Assembly (NCBI GenBank): GCA_004764695.1
Contig: SMSO01000032.1
Location: 868,001 to 932,000 of the forward strand
Reading direction: 5' to 3'
Source: Schizochytrium sp. TIO01
Lineage: Eukaryota > Protista > Bigyra: Labyrinthulomycetes
Length of the DNA: 64,000 bases
Shown one piece after another: positions 1 to 11,716 of this stretch; within the stretch, counting starts at the first letter, position 1; the number at the start of each line of letters is the position of its first letter. Made by a program: the position numbers and the translations under genes. Under the pieces are notes generated by a model. It made no database searches. It worked only from the letters and a program-made list of their open reading frames with translations, and was not told where the DNA came from.

Positions 1-1142
1 ACCTATAAGCACGATAGTTCTCCAGTAACATCTAGATGCCTTCGATGTTTCACTGCTCCTTAGCGCGGAGTCAAAGCTCACCTTGGGGCTCTTAAGTATG
101 TTCCTAGATTTTCCAGTAGTATGTGGACTTGTAAAATGTGTGCTTGCAGCTGATGGATTTTCCTTGACTTGCTCCAAGTAGCAAATTGGTATATTGGTTT
201 CTTCCTGATCTCCAGAGCAAGTTGTGTTTTTTGAATAGGTGAAGGCTCCCTACAATTGCTCTCACTGTATTTGTGAATACACAGGCACAATCTGTTTTCT
301 AGCTTTAGAAAAGAGCACATCATACATCTAGTTGTGGGCTGGGAAGAAATATTGAGAAAATGCAGAGCAAAAGGTGAGCAACTGCTTTAACGGATCGACC
401 AGGACCCCTTCTAGGAACTAAGTAAATATAGAGATCCATTTTAGAAAAGGCCCTCATTTTTACAGATTAAAAAAAACACAAAAAAAACGTGGCAATGTTG
501 CACACCACCTCAAAGCAATATAACTTCTTTGATGTTAAGAATGTGCATGAACTAGCGACATCTCTAGACTGAATACCCATGTTCATTTTAAAACCCTGTA
601 CACTAAAATCCAGCAACCACATGATCTTAGACGCTTGAAGTTTCTTCGTTTTCGTGTACCCAACAAAGTCCAAGTTCCAACACTAAAAATCATTTTGTCT
701 TATTTTTTTAATTATATAAGAATCAAACTATATTTTCCTCTCTTTTAAAATAATGGAGCACAGAGGTTCCCTCATCTGAGCTTGTGACCCGGCCGTGACC
801 CGGCCAATATCAACTGAATGAGCATATACCCTACTACCTTTCTTAAAGCTAGAGTATTACAACTCAGAACTTAAGAGAATCCCTCTAAATAAACTTAAGG
901 GAATATGAAGCAAATTTGTCCGTTAAATCACATGTACATAGTTGCTATTAATGTTAGGGGACGTGAGCACGAGAAATAGAGATATTGTAAGTCGAATAAG
1001 TAACGCGGTAGTACTAGTTTCATCGTCTTTGGCTCCTGTTCTCCTACATTCTGGGCTAGTTTTCTTCGCCAAGGTTTCATCCCTCCTTAATACTTTTTGG
1101 AGAGTCGCGAGCTCCATTTTTCTTCGAGCTTACTCATGTTGA

Positions 1143-2597
1143 ATGATGGCTTCTGAAGAGGAGGGGGAAGACTTTTTGCAGCGTGCTTTGGCAGCAACAG
1201 ATCGTGTAGCTGTCTCTTCTGCGTTTAAAAAATTTGATGTTGATCATTCGGGACTCATCTCTGCAGACGAGTTAGGCTTGCTTTGTGCAGAGTTAGGCGT
1301 TGAGCTTGGGCCTCTGGAGCTTGAAACAACATTGCGTAAGCTTGATGCCGATGGCTCTGGCCAGATAGAACTGGCTGAATTTGAGGGATGGTGGACCGGT
1401 CGAATGGATGAGGTTCTCGGAGAGAAATTGAGCAGTATTGCAGCCCAGGGCCGGCGCGAGAATCATACCGACATTTATGTTGCCAGCTGGAACGGGCAAC
1501 TGGAACTTGTAGAAGAATTTCTATCGATGGATGCCACACTTTGCCGAGCTACTGATGAGAGTGAATTTGGCGCAGGGTACACAGCCTTGCATTATGCTTC
1601 ATACGCAGGTCACTTTCATATAGTTGATGCTTTGGTCAGCAAATATCGCGCTCCTGTAAATGCCACAAACGGGGCTGGCTGTACCGCTCTTTTTCTTGCA
1701 AGCCAGCAGGGTCATGCTGAAGTTGTCAAGCTCTTGTTGCGACATGGCGCTCGAGTTAATGAAACAGAACCGACACATGGGTTTTCTGCCCTTGATGTAG
1801 CCTCGAGCCCAGTTGTACGTGGGATTTTATTAGAGGAGTGTGATGACTCGCCTCCGCCAACTATCGAAAACGCCCCGCAAGTCTCATGTCCACAATTCGG
1901 CTCGTTGGAGGTGTCCTGGGAAGTCCCGAAAGTAACAAGCAAGAGCCTTCCTTTACAGAATTATATTCTCGAGCTTGCGCGAGACCCGGATAGTCACAAC
2001 ATCAAAAGCGAGATTTATGACGAGACTGATGATAGCGATGCAGGTAATGATGATGATGATCCATGCGAACTAGCCAGTTCTTTATCCCAATTTAAACGTG
2101 AAGTAGTTTTGCCTGGAGCTAACCCAGGAAACAGCGTGCTGACAGATCTTAAGAATCTTCCCTTTCCAATTATGGTGCGGATGGCGACCCGAAATGCTCA
2201 TGGGCAATCGGAGTGGAGTCCATGGAGTGCATCTATCTCCGTTTCAGGTCCGCCTTCTGTAATTGAAGCCCCAGAGGTTCGAATTCTTAAAAAGCGAACG
2301 GTAGAGATTTCATGGTTAAAAGCGCAACCGAATGGGTGCAAAATTACAGACTATCTTTTACAAGGAGCCTTACTCCCATCAAGTGCGCTGCGTCGAGCTT
2401 CAACCAAGCCCGGTGTGTCAGGATCACTGCATAAGGAAGATATTGAGTGGGAGCCGATTGCTGTAATGCCTGCGAAAAAGTTGAGCAAAGAGCTTGAACA
2501 AATGTCTCCAGGAATTTATTCTTTCCGGCTTATCGCTCTCAATCGCATGGGTCGGTCTCAACCTGGACCACAAAGTATTACAATTCGTGTAGTATAA
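1143..2597 (+). CDS. EF-hand + ankyrin repeat + fibronectin type III domain protein (484 aa)
   Basis: Two canonical EF-hand loops (DVDHSGLISADE, DADGSGQIELAE). Three to four ankyrin repeats (GYTALHYASYAGH, GCTALFLASQQGHAEVVKLLLRHGARVN, GFSALDVA). Two FN3-like domains (SLEVSWEVP...RNAHGQSEWS; TVEISW...YSFRLIALNRMGRS). Confidence 0.9.
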   Translation: MMASEEEGEDFLQRALAATDRVAVSSAFKKFDVDHSGLISADELGLLCAELGVELGPLELETTLRKLDADGSGQIELAEFEGWWTGRMDEVLGEKLSSIAAQGRRENHTDIYVASWNGQLELVEEFLSMDATLCRATDESEFGAGYTALHYASYAGHFHIVDALVSKYRAPVNATNGAGCTALFLASQQGHAEVVKLLLRHGARVNETEPTHGFSALDVASSPVVRGILLEECDDSPPPTIENAPQVSCPQFGSLEVSWEVPKVTSKSLPLQNYILELARDPDSHNIKSEIYDETDDSDAGNDDDDPCELASSLSQFKREVVLPGANPGNSVLTDLKNLPFPIMVRMATRNAHGQSEWSPWSASISVSGPPSVIEAPEVRILKKRTVEISWLKAQPNGCKITDYLLQGALLPSSALRRASTKPGVSGSLHKEDIEWEPIAVMPAKKLSKELEQMSPGIYSFRLIALNRMGRSQPGPQSITIRVV

Positions 2598-3239
2598 AGT
2601 AATAAAGTATATCATTCTTTCCCCGCTACCAGCTGAAGGATGAGGCAAACAACATCTCTGCATTGACATGACCCGGGAAACGCTATGAAATTGACAATTA
2701 CGGGTTGACTAGCAAAGTTTTACACACTTCTCATGAAGCATGTTTGCAGAAGAAGGGCTTGTACAGGACACCTTGCTAGTATGACAATTACGCAAAAATA
2801 TTATGAGAGCATTTGAAGACCATAACGAAAGAATAAAATAAGAAACTCACATCTGCATCGCAGATGAAATCTCGCCCAATCAATGCAGAGTCGTAGCATG
2901 AGTTCGTAATCGTACCTTCACGGATCCTGCAGAGCTAACAAGTGATTGCAGTAGTGGGTGGGTATTAAAAAAAAAAAGTTCTAGCACTTAGACCTGCTTT
3001 TGCTTGGAGAGAATGAAAGAAGCAAGTTAACCGCGGGGTCTCTCAAACATTTATCATGACGGCAAACAAAAACGCACATACTTCTCCCTTCACAAAACTA
3101 TTCTTCACAACACATACAAGGAGAGACGCGAAAACAGAAAACTCAAATATACCACATGCGCTTTTGCCAGTCGTCGTGATAATGCAAGCTCTTGAAAATG
3201 TGTAAATAATCCACTGACATTCTATCGCAGAGGTTCATC

Positions 3240-3800
3240 GTGCAACATAATGATGACATAGCTATAACGAAAACATGCGCTACTATTTTGGGGCGAATTC
3301 CAAGACTTGAGCGGAAGAAACCCAGGGATTTAAAACAAACCCGCCTCGTACTTTGCGATACTATAAGCATCCCACGCTCATTGCACAATGCAATATTGTA
3401 TCGCTCTAAAAAAATTGATGCTATGATAGTTTAAGATTGGAAGCGCCTATTAATAGTCTAACTTCTGTTGGTTATACTTACTTAATACTGTTATCCACTT
3501 TTATTTCTCACATCAATCATCGATACCATCAACTTTACTAATAAATTGACTGACGCTTCTCTATCCGCACTATCCACCTACGCCTGTTGATATTACGAAC
3601 ATGTATCAATGCAGCTTCAAAAGTTATCGGAAGACAAGAATCAATTGCCTGCTCTTCATAAACTGCAGCATTAGAGTCATACATTTGAGCATGGCTAACC
3701 AATCCTGTAATAGTGTAAAGTTTTGAAATAACCTTCATCTGACAAATCTAGTGGATGTTATTCAACATATACATAAAGAAGCATGAAGAAATTCTCCAAT
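3240..3800 (+). pseudogene. Possible decayed leucine-rich-repeat coding relic
   Basis: One frame, interrupted by stops, reads CATILGRIPRLERK ... IDTINFTNKLTDASLSALSTYA ... LQKLSEDKNQL, resembling RNI-type LRR units. Recognised by eye only. Confidence 0.2.
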
Positions 3801-4160
3801 GCAGAACTATTAATAGTGTTCGCTGAATTCCAGTCAGACATGAGCGAGATCACCCACCCATGGTTGGTAAATGATCCGAATTCAAGCCAAAACATATGTT
3901 TTAGAACAATCGAATGTGCCAAGATACCTAAAGACGAGAAGCAAGATGTAAATAGAATCAAACGCAAGTAAGATGAGACAAAGCAGAAGAGAATTACGAA
4001 AAATTCGTACTCTATAGAAAGGAAGGAGACAGGTCGTAAGATGCATGGTTTGAGCAAATTACTTCCATACATGAACCCTCTCGATTTCCAAAGAGAACAT
4101 TAGCATTGTTATGGTGGTGATTCGTAGAGGGCACGAGTGTCGTTTTATGAACAAACACGC

Positions 4161-5609
4161 TTAGTAACGGTAGGTCTCGGGCTTGCACGGCTCGTTCTCC
4201 GGGTCAATGCCGAGGTAGTCCTTCTGCTCCTGGGTGAGCTTGACGAGCTTGGCGCCGAGCTTGTCAAGGTGAAGGCGGGCGACCTCCTCATCGAGCTTCT
4301 TGGGGAGCACGTACACAGACTTCTTGTACTTTCCAGAGTTGCGCTCAGTCCAGAGCTCGACCTGGGCAAGGGTCTGGTTGGAGAAGGAGTTAGACATCAC
4401 AAAGGAAGGGTGGCCAGTGGCGCAGCCCAAGTTGACAAGGCGGCCCTCAGCAAGGACAATGATGCCGTGGCCGTCCTCGAAGACGAAGCGGTCGACCTGG
4501 GGCTTGATGTTCTCGCGGGTGCACTTGGCCTGGAGAGTGCCGTACTCGATCTCGTTATCGAAGTGACCGATGTTGCAGACGATGGAGTTGTTCTTCATCT
4601 TGGACATCATCTCGAAGGTGCAGACACCCTTGTTGCCGGTGGCGGTGACAATGATATCAACGTCGCCAATGACGTCCATGGGGTCAACGACCTGGAGACC
4701 CTCCATGCAGGCCTGGAGAGCGCAGATGGGGTCGATCTCAGAAACGTAGACAATAGCGGAGTTGGACTTCATGGCCTTGGCACAGCCCTTACCGACGTCA
4801 CCGTATCCGCAGATGAGAACCTTCTTACCGCAGAGCATGACATCGGTGGCACGCATGATACCGTCCGGGAGGGAGTGCTGGCAGCCGTAGAGGTTGTCGA
4901 ACTTGGACTTGGTCACGGAGTCGTTGACGTTGATGGCAGGGAAGAGGAGCTTGCCCTCCTTCTCCATCTGGTAGAGACGGTGGACACCGGTGGTGGTCTC
5001 CTCAGAGACACCAACGATGCGGTCAATGATCTTGTGCCAGCGGCGGGGGTCGCGCTGGAGCTCACGCTTGAGAATGTTGAGGACGCACTTGAACTCAGCG
5101 TTGTCGGTGCTCTCAGGGTCCGGGAGGGTGCCATCAGCGGCGAACTTCTTCTCGGCCTCGATACCCTGGTGGATGAGGAGGGTGATGTCACCACCGTCGT
5201 CAACAATGACGTCAGGGCCATCGCCCTTGCCGTCATCCTCAGGCCAGGTGAGGGCGGCGAGAGAGCACTCCCAGTACTCCTCGAGGGACTCACCCTTCCA
5301 GGCGTACACGGCGGCGGTGCCGGCGACAGCAATGGCGGCGGCGGCCTGGTCCTGGGTGGAGAAGATGTTGCATGAGCACCAGCGGACGTCAGCGCCAAGA
5401 GACTGAAGGGTCTCGATGAGGACGGCGGTCTGGATGGTCATGTGGAGGGAGCCGGCAATGCGGGCGCCCTTGAGAGGCTGGTCCTTGAACTTCTCACGGC
5501 AAGCCATGAGACCGGGCATCTCAACCTCAGCGAGCTTGATCTCCTTGCGGCCGAAGTCCGCGAGGGACTCGTCCGCAATGTTGTACGGCATCTTAGCGTA
5601 CTCCGCCAT
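4161..5609 (-). CDS. SAHH: S-adenosyl-L-homocysteine hydrolase (adenosylhomocysteinase), about 482 aa, long-insert (plant/protist) type
   Basis: Signature motifs [86 protein letters not shown], and C-terminal YRY. The start is placed at the MAEYAK Met (5609) by family length; the ORF extends to 5690. Strong C/G-ending codon bias suggests high expression. Confidence 0.97.
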   Translation of the reverse strand: MAEYAKMPYNIADESLADFGRKEIKLAEVEMPGLMACREKFKDQPLKGARIAGSLHMTIQTAVLIETLQSLGADVRWCSCNIFSTQDQAAAAIAVAGTAAVYAWKGESLEEYWECSLAALTWPEDDGKGDGPDVIVDDGGDITLLIHQGIEAEKKFAADGTLPDPESTDNAEFKCVLNILKRELQRDPRRWHKIIDRIVGVSEETTTGVHRLYQMEKEGKLLFPAINVNDSVTKSKFDNLYGCQHSLPDGIMRATDVMLCGKKVLICGYGDVGKGCAKAMKSNSAIVYVSEIDPICALQACMEGLQVVDPMDVIGDVDIIVTATGNKGVCTFEMMSKMKNNSIVCNIGHFDNEIEYGTLQAKCTRENIKPQVDRFVFEDGHGIIVLAEGRLVNLGCATGHPSFVMSNSFSNQTLAQVELWTERNSGKYKKSVYVLPKKLDEEVARLHLDKLGAKLVKLTQEQKDYLGIDPENEPCKPETYRY

Positions 5610-6059
5610 CTTGTCTGTGTCTTCGCTAAACTGAACGGTAGCGACTTCGAAGTGTTTCGGGTCTGCTGGAGCTCTGTTTGGATCATCCATCTTCTTCGGT
5701 CACAACCATTCTCTCAACCTTCAGATAGGGAGGTGGCTAGCTACTTAGGTAATTCTTTCAAATATTCAAAAATTCAAATATTTTTAAATCTTCAACGCTG
5801 CGCCAACAATCTCCGCTCCTCTGCTTACGCGTTGTATTTCTTCTTTTCTATTTCTTTTCCCTTTCTTTCTTCCTCTCTTTTCACAAGGTTGGTGGTGCTC
5901 GCCCTCTGCCCCCGCTCGAATCCCGTTGGTGCCCCTCTGCCTTGAAAATCACCACAGCTGTAGATGTTCTTCACCAAAGCCACTGCCTCTGACACCACTG
6001 GCAATTTTCAACAGAGGAGGTTTCAGCTTCCCTCGAGTAAATTCAAAACTATGACGTCA

Positions 6060-8700
6060 CAAGTTGAAAAAGCTTTACTTCAACACCCTCCGTTCCACAC
6101 TGTCCACTAATCAGTACGCTCCACTACCACACAAAACCCCAGTGGCTCCAGATTGCGTGGACGCGACTCACATAAAGATTCTTTCCCCTCCTCTCATATA
6201 CCTCTGGCGTCACAAACTGACTCCGAAGGCCAGCTCCCCGCGTTCCCCATCTCTGTCTTCGCCATCGTCGCCACCGCGAGCGAGGCCTCCGAGGGGGCGT
6301 TCTTCTGCCCTCAGGACCACCTTCCTGTGTCCCTGTGTGCATGCAGGGCAGCGCTTTGTGCCTGAGTTGGAGGGGTGTAGGGTGGGCGTTCGTGTCGATT
6401 ATCTTAGTGTGTTGCTGTGATTGAATGCGATGAATGCGCAAGGCGCCGACATTGCGCAATACAGGCTGGAACCAAGTTGTACATTCAAGGGCCTTCTCTT
6501 GATCGCGACTCTGAGCTCGACAAGCTCGCGGGCCTTCAGGTAGGCAGGCGGTTTAGCCACCTCCTCCTTCGAGAGCTCTGGGAGGAGCGGAATCTTTCTT
6601 CGCCCAGCGTGATTCGTGTATCATCGACCAGAGAATCGAAGTGGCTAGCTTTTGCAATTTGCAGTTCGATCAATTTCTTCTCCGGGTCCTTCTTTCCAGG
6701 ATAGGACTTCTTAGCTGTCTCCTACTGCGAGGGTTTTGTACATCATCGTCGCGCTCTCTAGAGAAAGCGGCCTGGGCCCCTTGTGTTCTGCTCCGTTGCT
6801 TGGAGCGCTCTTCTCGTCCTTCTCCCAGCCGGTAGGCACCTAGCTCGCCACGAGGATTCCAAGGTCGCCAGGAGCTTGCTGCCTCTGCGTAGCGCGTATA
6901 ACCTGCTGCAACTCGAGTTCACTGGTAGGCCGGCATCCATCAGCATCTTTTGATCTACAAAAATAAAATAAATAAAAAATAAAATAGAAATGCGAAGAAG
7001 TTCTGTCTCAGTGTGTAAAGAAAGCCCTTCGAACCGCATCGCCGACTTGGCCGGCGCTTCCTAGTTTCCAGAGCAGGGGGCGTTCAGGAGCTGCAGAGTT
7101 TTCTCCAGGCCACTTCGGAAAGAGGCTGGCTCGCGCTGCTGCGGAGCACAGCTCTGCCTGTGCGAGGTTGCGCCATCAAAGCAGAATTCCTCGCGAGGAT
7201 CTTCAAGTTCACAAAGCCTCTTTTACCTACCCGCTCCTTTCCTGCTGCGAACTATTAATTAACTAAAACAAAATGAATAAGATGATTATTTAAAAAACAG
7301 AAGATAAGAAAAAGAGTAACAATTGTAGCAGTACCATAGTCTCCCTGTAGCCGGGACTAGGAGGCCACTCCTAACGACGATTTTTTCTTTTTACTGTTGG
7401 AAAGAGCCGCAAGAGTGGCTGGCTGAGAGGGCTGGAGTACTTAGGCTTACGAGTTTACACTATGAGCGGCGTAGAGCCAAGCGCCAACGAGTACGTCCTT
7501 ACTTACCTAAAACTATAAAAGAGTTATCAGCAGAGGAGCTGGCTGACGACTCGAAGATGATGAGGATTCTCAGTTCGAATGATTGACTCATCGTTTACCG
7601 GGGTCTTTGGCACTCTCTGAATCGCGGGTGATTGATTGCCTGCTCAAGCTCTGCCAGGCTGTCATCAACCTTGTGCTCCTCTAGAGAGGCATGGCTGCGC
7701 ACAGTTGAGTGCTCCTCCAGAGAAGAAGACCGTGTCAGGAACTCACGAGAGGGAAAGAGAGATCTTTGAAAGCCTGAGTTTCGCACAAATAAATAATTAA
7801 GTGCGCCTACCTACCTATTAAAGTTAGGCTCTCAGGCAGGCTACCTTACTTAACCTACGCACCATCCATTCACCATGTCGTTCGTTCCCTTGGACAGATG
7901 ATTGAAATGATGAAGAAGAGAGGATTGAAGCTACTTGGAGTAGGATTGGCTGGTAGAAGACACGGATCTGAGTCTTTGCAGTTCAAGCGGTTGAAGTGCC
8001 GTCGCTTTTGGACTTCCCGGTTGCAGGCTTCCAGTCGTCGGCGGAGCTGCCATTTGTCCACCAAGTCTCTCTCACGAAGTCTCACGAAACGAACTCTTGC
8101 ATCTGCAGAATTGTACCTACTGCTGCCTGCCAATGTCCGTTTCCCAAGACGATGATGGATGCTGTCGGCCCGGCGAATGGAGACATTCGACATTGCATCG
8201 CTCGATGGCACATAGGTCATGATGGCATTACACCATGACATTGATAAACGCGTGGGTGGTTTAGAATGGATTGATAATTCACGGTCTGCAGAGAAAGATC
8301 TTGAATGGTGCATCAACGAGTTCTTGCTCACATAGGAGAACAATCCACGAGGGTTCCTTAGCTTGAGATTCCAAAAAATGGTAGGCAGAGCGCACATACA
8401 AGGCTAATGTCCATTCTGGCGGATTCGGTGAGTTGAGAATTTCATCTGAAGACACCCAATTTTGGAGGCCATCAAAATCCTTCAAGATCGACTTGTAAGC
8501 TGATAATATGTGGCGGGTATAGGGGAACTAAATCATGAAGCATCAATGTCACCTAGAGACACGCCATTCAACAAATAGGCATCAAGATGCCGACTCCACA
8601 TTTGCTGACGTCATCTATCTGCTCTCAGACAGAGGAAGGTACCGAATCTGATGTAGTTGATTGCATCCTTTTAGGATACCTCGAAGTCTCACTCAGTCAA
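6060..8700. pseudogene. Decayed coding-like or mobile-element-like region, identity unknown
   Basis: GC-richer coding-like blocks alternate with AT-rich intron-like blocks on the minus strand (polypyrimidine-AG acceptor near 6956; intron-like 7250-7335). Protein-like frames are broken by isolated TAG/TGA stops (e.g. plus 8150-8400 FDIASLDGT*VMMALHHDIDKRVGGLEW...EFLLT*ENNPRGF). Confidence 0.3.
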
Positions 8701-9197
8701 CCGCTCGATAGCTGATGTTCATTTAAATAAGATTCGGGTTGTGATGGGTAGGTAGGTAGGTAGGTAGAGAGCGGTGTCACCGATAGACCTAACCGTACGT
8801 CAATATAAAAAAGCAGAAGTAGTGGCGTCTGACTGCTGAGAGTGAATTTGAGAAGATTCATGCACTACCTACCTTCTCGGGATAAGGTAGTAGTACTGGG
8901 CAATAGTATCTCAATACGATGGAAAGAAGCGAATCTTCTGGCCTCGAATCTTCAATTATTCATCTTGTCAAAGCAGAATCTTCTGGCTGCTTTGTATTAT
9001 CTTCCGGTCTCACTTATTACACAGAAGTGAGTCTGTTTTCATTTAAACAAGCAATTAGCTCACATGCTGAATGCCGAGCTGTAAGACTTTTGTTTCCACA
9101 TGAATAGATTAACTAGTATCTCATTTCCCATGACAAAATCGTTCTACTTGCCATATTATCAATATCCAGATAAAGTTTGATCTAAAGGATGTTGAAG

Positions 9198-9454
9198 TCA
9201 AAGAACGTTTTATTCAAATCTATTAGGGTGTTATTAGTATCCAGATTATTTATCACATATCGTTCTTTCAATAATATACCAAACATAGTCTCTATACAAG
9301 AAAGATAATATGTATCAAATCAAAGAACGTTTTATTCAAATCTATTAGGGTGTTATTAGTATCCAGATTATTTGTCACATATCGTTCTTTCAATAATATA
9401 CCAAACATAGGCTCTATACAAGAAGGATAATATGTATCAAATCAAAGAACGTTT
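9198..9454. repeat. 122-bp tandem duplication (2.1 copies), AT-rich
   Basis: The unit starting TCAAAGAACGTTT recurs at 9198, 9320 and 9442. The two full copies differ at three positions. Confidence 0.95.
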
Positions 9455-10117
9455 CCTCAAATGACTATTGATTTAAAACCTTGTTTCTGAGCGAACCAGA
9501 TACTAGATTATGGTCCCAACTTCCCTAAGTTTGGTGAGCATCATGATCACGCGCACGTTTTGCTGGAATAAGCAAGTAGGCAGCACAGAAGAACTGTGTT
9601 GAACCCTGGCGTTTTGAAGCCTGATTTCTCAAGCAAACCACTCCCTACTACTAGCGCTCCTGGTCATCTTCTCCCGAGCTCCAGAACCTACCTCACGTGT
9701 TCGTGACCTCGTTGATCGTAACAGTGGCAGTGCAAAGAACCGAACAATCATAAATCAGGGCTAAAATCGTGAAGCTCCAGTTCTCACGCTCATCCACTAT
9801 TTGGCCAAACACTCGGATCAGATCTCGCTCCCCCTACGTCCGCATAAGTCGAACCGGGAGTTCACGGTTGCGCATACGGAGGCCTTGAACTCGAAGAAGG
9901 AAACATACTTCGTCGAGACAGCAACGGTGGCAACTGATTGATACTTCAGAACTGGTCTCACTACGCACGTCGTTTTCGAGCTTATTCGAAAGACAGCAAA
10001 TTGCAAGACTCCGGTTCACAGAAGTTCACGGGCAAACTTTGTTTTCTTCTTTCTGTTTGTAGGTTCCTGATTTATCTGTGCTTCTTCAGCTCGGATAGGT
10101 TGTTACATAATTTTGAA

Positions 10118-11716
10118 ATGGATGCAAACCTTGAGGTGGAGAGCGGCTCCGGCGTGGGGGATGAAACCTGGGACAGTGTGAGCTCTGGGGTTCCGTCGTC
10201 GCCCTTGGCGAGCAGTGCAAGTGCTGTAATTGCGCGTGGACGCCGGCGTCGGGAACGAGACAGAACTGTGGCAATTTTCTGGGACATTGAGAACCTTCAG
10301 GTACCTTCTTATATGGACGCCGCAAGCTTAGGCATGGCTCTTCAGGATCTAGCCCGGGGACTCTCACCGCGTGAAGATGTTGCTTTTTTTAATGCTTACA
10401 TTGACACAAGCCGCCTTGGAACTCTGAACGCGAATCGTTTGTCTCAAACAGGGGTGAGCCTTATCCATAGCCCTACGGCCAAGGAAGCAGCTGACAAGGC
10501 CATCATTGTGGACCTTCTGCTGTGGATTTTGATATTTGAGCGCAATAACATGTTCATGAACGTCCAAGGAATTGAGGCACCCGAACCGTGCGTGGTTCTC
10601 ATCACACAGGACCATGACTTTGAGCCCATGCTGTATAAGCTTCGCAACCAACGCGGAATCCACGTTGTCTTGATTACAGACTTTGAGCGCGTGCAGCCCC
10701 ACTTCTTGAATTCTGCAGACGAAGCCTTTGACTGGCGTGAGATCCTGGCCGAAGTCCAGCCTCTCGAGTCCCGTCTGTCTTCGAGCCCGCAGTCTTCGTT
10801 CAAGTCTCTCGACTCGGACTTCGGTTCACGTCGAGGCTCATGGGGCGGCCCTTCCAGCGACCGCGAAGATCTTGCTTCAACAACTAGCTTCACTCCTGGT
10901 CAGCAACAGCAACAGCAGCAACAGCTGCAGCCCCCCCCGTCACCAAAGTCAAGACCTCGTAGCCTGGACAGCTCCAACGGGATGACGAATCTTACTTCAG
11001 GCTCCAGTCGAGATCGAAGTGCGAGTGCAAGTGTAGGGCGCAATGATAAGGAAAATTCCGATATGGGGGCGAACGCACGACAGCAGGAGAGGCAAAAGCT
11101 CTCAAAGCAAAGGCAGCAGCAGTCTGTGCAAAGTAAGGGCGCCCAGCCGCCCCCTGGCATGGAACCACACGGCATGAAAAAACGGTATTCTTCAGTACAA
11201 TGCACTATGCCACATTACACCCTGCGCGATGAAATTGCAGATTTTGCACTTCGCATTCTTAAGGCTAAGGGCAAACTCACCGCAGATGTACTCCTTAGTC
11301 TGATGAAGAATCCTGCAACAGGCGGTACGGCAGATATGTATCATTTGGCTTCGCAAGATTACGGCAAGCGAATTGAAACAATCTTGGAAAAATATCCTGA
11401 TCGATTTGAACTTTCCTTCAACAAGCGCTCTCAAAAAACGTGGGTAAAGCTCATTGGTGATAGCCACACTCTTCTTTGTGAGGAGCTTGCTGTATCGGCC
11501 CCACATTATACAGAAAAGGGTCCACTCAAAGATCAAGTCCCGATTCCAACACTCGTCTCTTGCAATTCTACTCAAGATGATGAGCCAGAGCACCGAGAGA
11601 CTCCGGAAAGTTTGAGATCCGCAGTTTCTGAAGAAGGGGTTCCTCGTATGCGTCGCTCGCCTTCGAACTGGGACATTGCTCTAGGAGATGCTCTCGAAGA
11701 TGACAGCGATGCTTGA
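10118..11716 (+). CDS. NYN-domain (PIN-like, LabA/MARF1/limkain family) ribonuclease with probable C-terminal LOTUS/OST-HTH-like domain (about 532 aa)
   Basis: NYN motifs VAIFWDIENL, KEAADKAIIVDL, VVLITQDHDFEPML and FLNSADEAFDW. A Ser/Gln-rich linker follows. The C-terminal segment DYGKRIETILEKYPDRFEL...TWVKL resembles LOTUS. Start set at the first ATG (10118); the ORF-track start at 9938 is TTG and crosses an intron-like pyrimidine tract ending in AG at 10062. Confidence 0.85.
   Translation: MDANLEVESGSGVGDETWDSVSSGVPSSPLASSASAVIARGRRRRERDRTVAIFWDIENLQVPSYMDAASLGMALQDLARGLSPREDVAFFNAYIDTSRLGTLNANRLSQTGVSLIHSPTAKEAADKAIIVDLLLWILIFERNNMFMNVQGIEAPEPCVVLITQDHDFEPMLYKLRNQRGIHVVLITDFERVQPHFLNSADEAFDWREILAEVQPLESRLSSSPQSSFKSLDSDFGSRRGSWGGPSSDREDLASTTSFTPGQQQQQQQQLQPPPSPKSRPRSLDSSNGMTNLTSGSSRDRSASASVGRNDKENSDMGANARQQERQKLSKQRQQQSVQSKGAQPPPGMEPHGMKKRYSSVQCTMPHYTLRDEIADFALRILKAKGKLTADVLLSLMKNPATGGTADMYHLASQDYGKRIETILEKYPDRFELSFNKRSQKTWVKLIGDSHTLLCEELAVSAPHYTEKGPLKDQVPIPTLVSCNSTQDDEPEHRETPESLRSAVSEEGVPRMRRSPSNWDIALGDALEDDSDA

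Noticed and set aside
1-249. 83-codon open frame on the minus strand running off the window after an AG
   Set aside because: No ATG and no recognisable motif, so it cannot be distinguished from chance without flanking sequence.
4137-5375. 412-aa ORF antisense to SAHH
   Set aside because: Shadow ORF. The strong codon bias of SAHH avoids TTA/CTA/TCA, which removes antisense stops. It has no ATG start and no motifs.
5610-5690. 27-aa N-terminal extension of SAHH in the ORF track
   Set aside because: Homology to the family begins at MAEYAK and the extension lacks the gene's codon bias. It is probably 5' UTR, though not excluded.
5610-6060. SAH/SAM riboswitch upstream of SAHH
   Set aside because: No recognisable consensus, and such riboswitches are not established in eukaryotes.
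9198-9454. CRISPR-like array
   Set aside because: Direct tandem copies without unique spacers, no cas genes, and a eukaryotic context.
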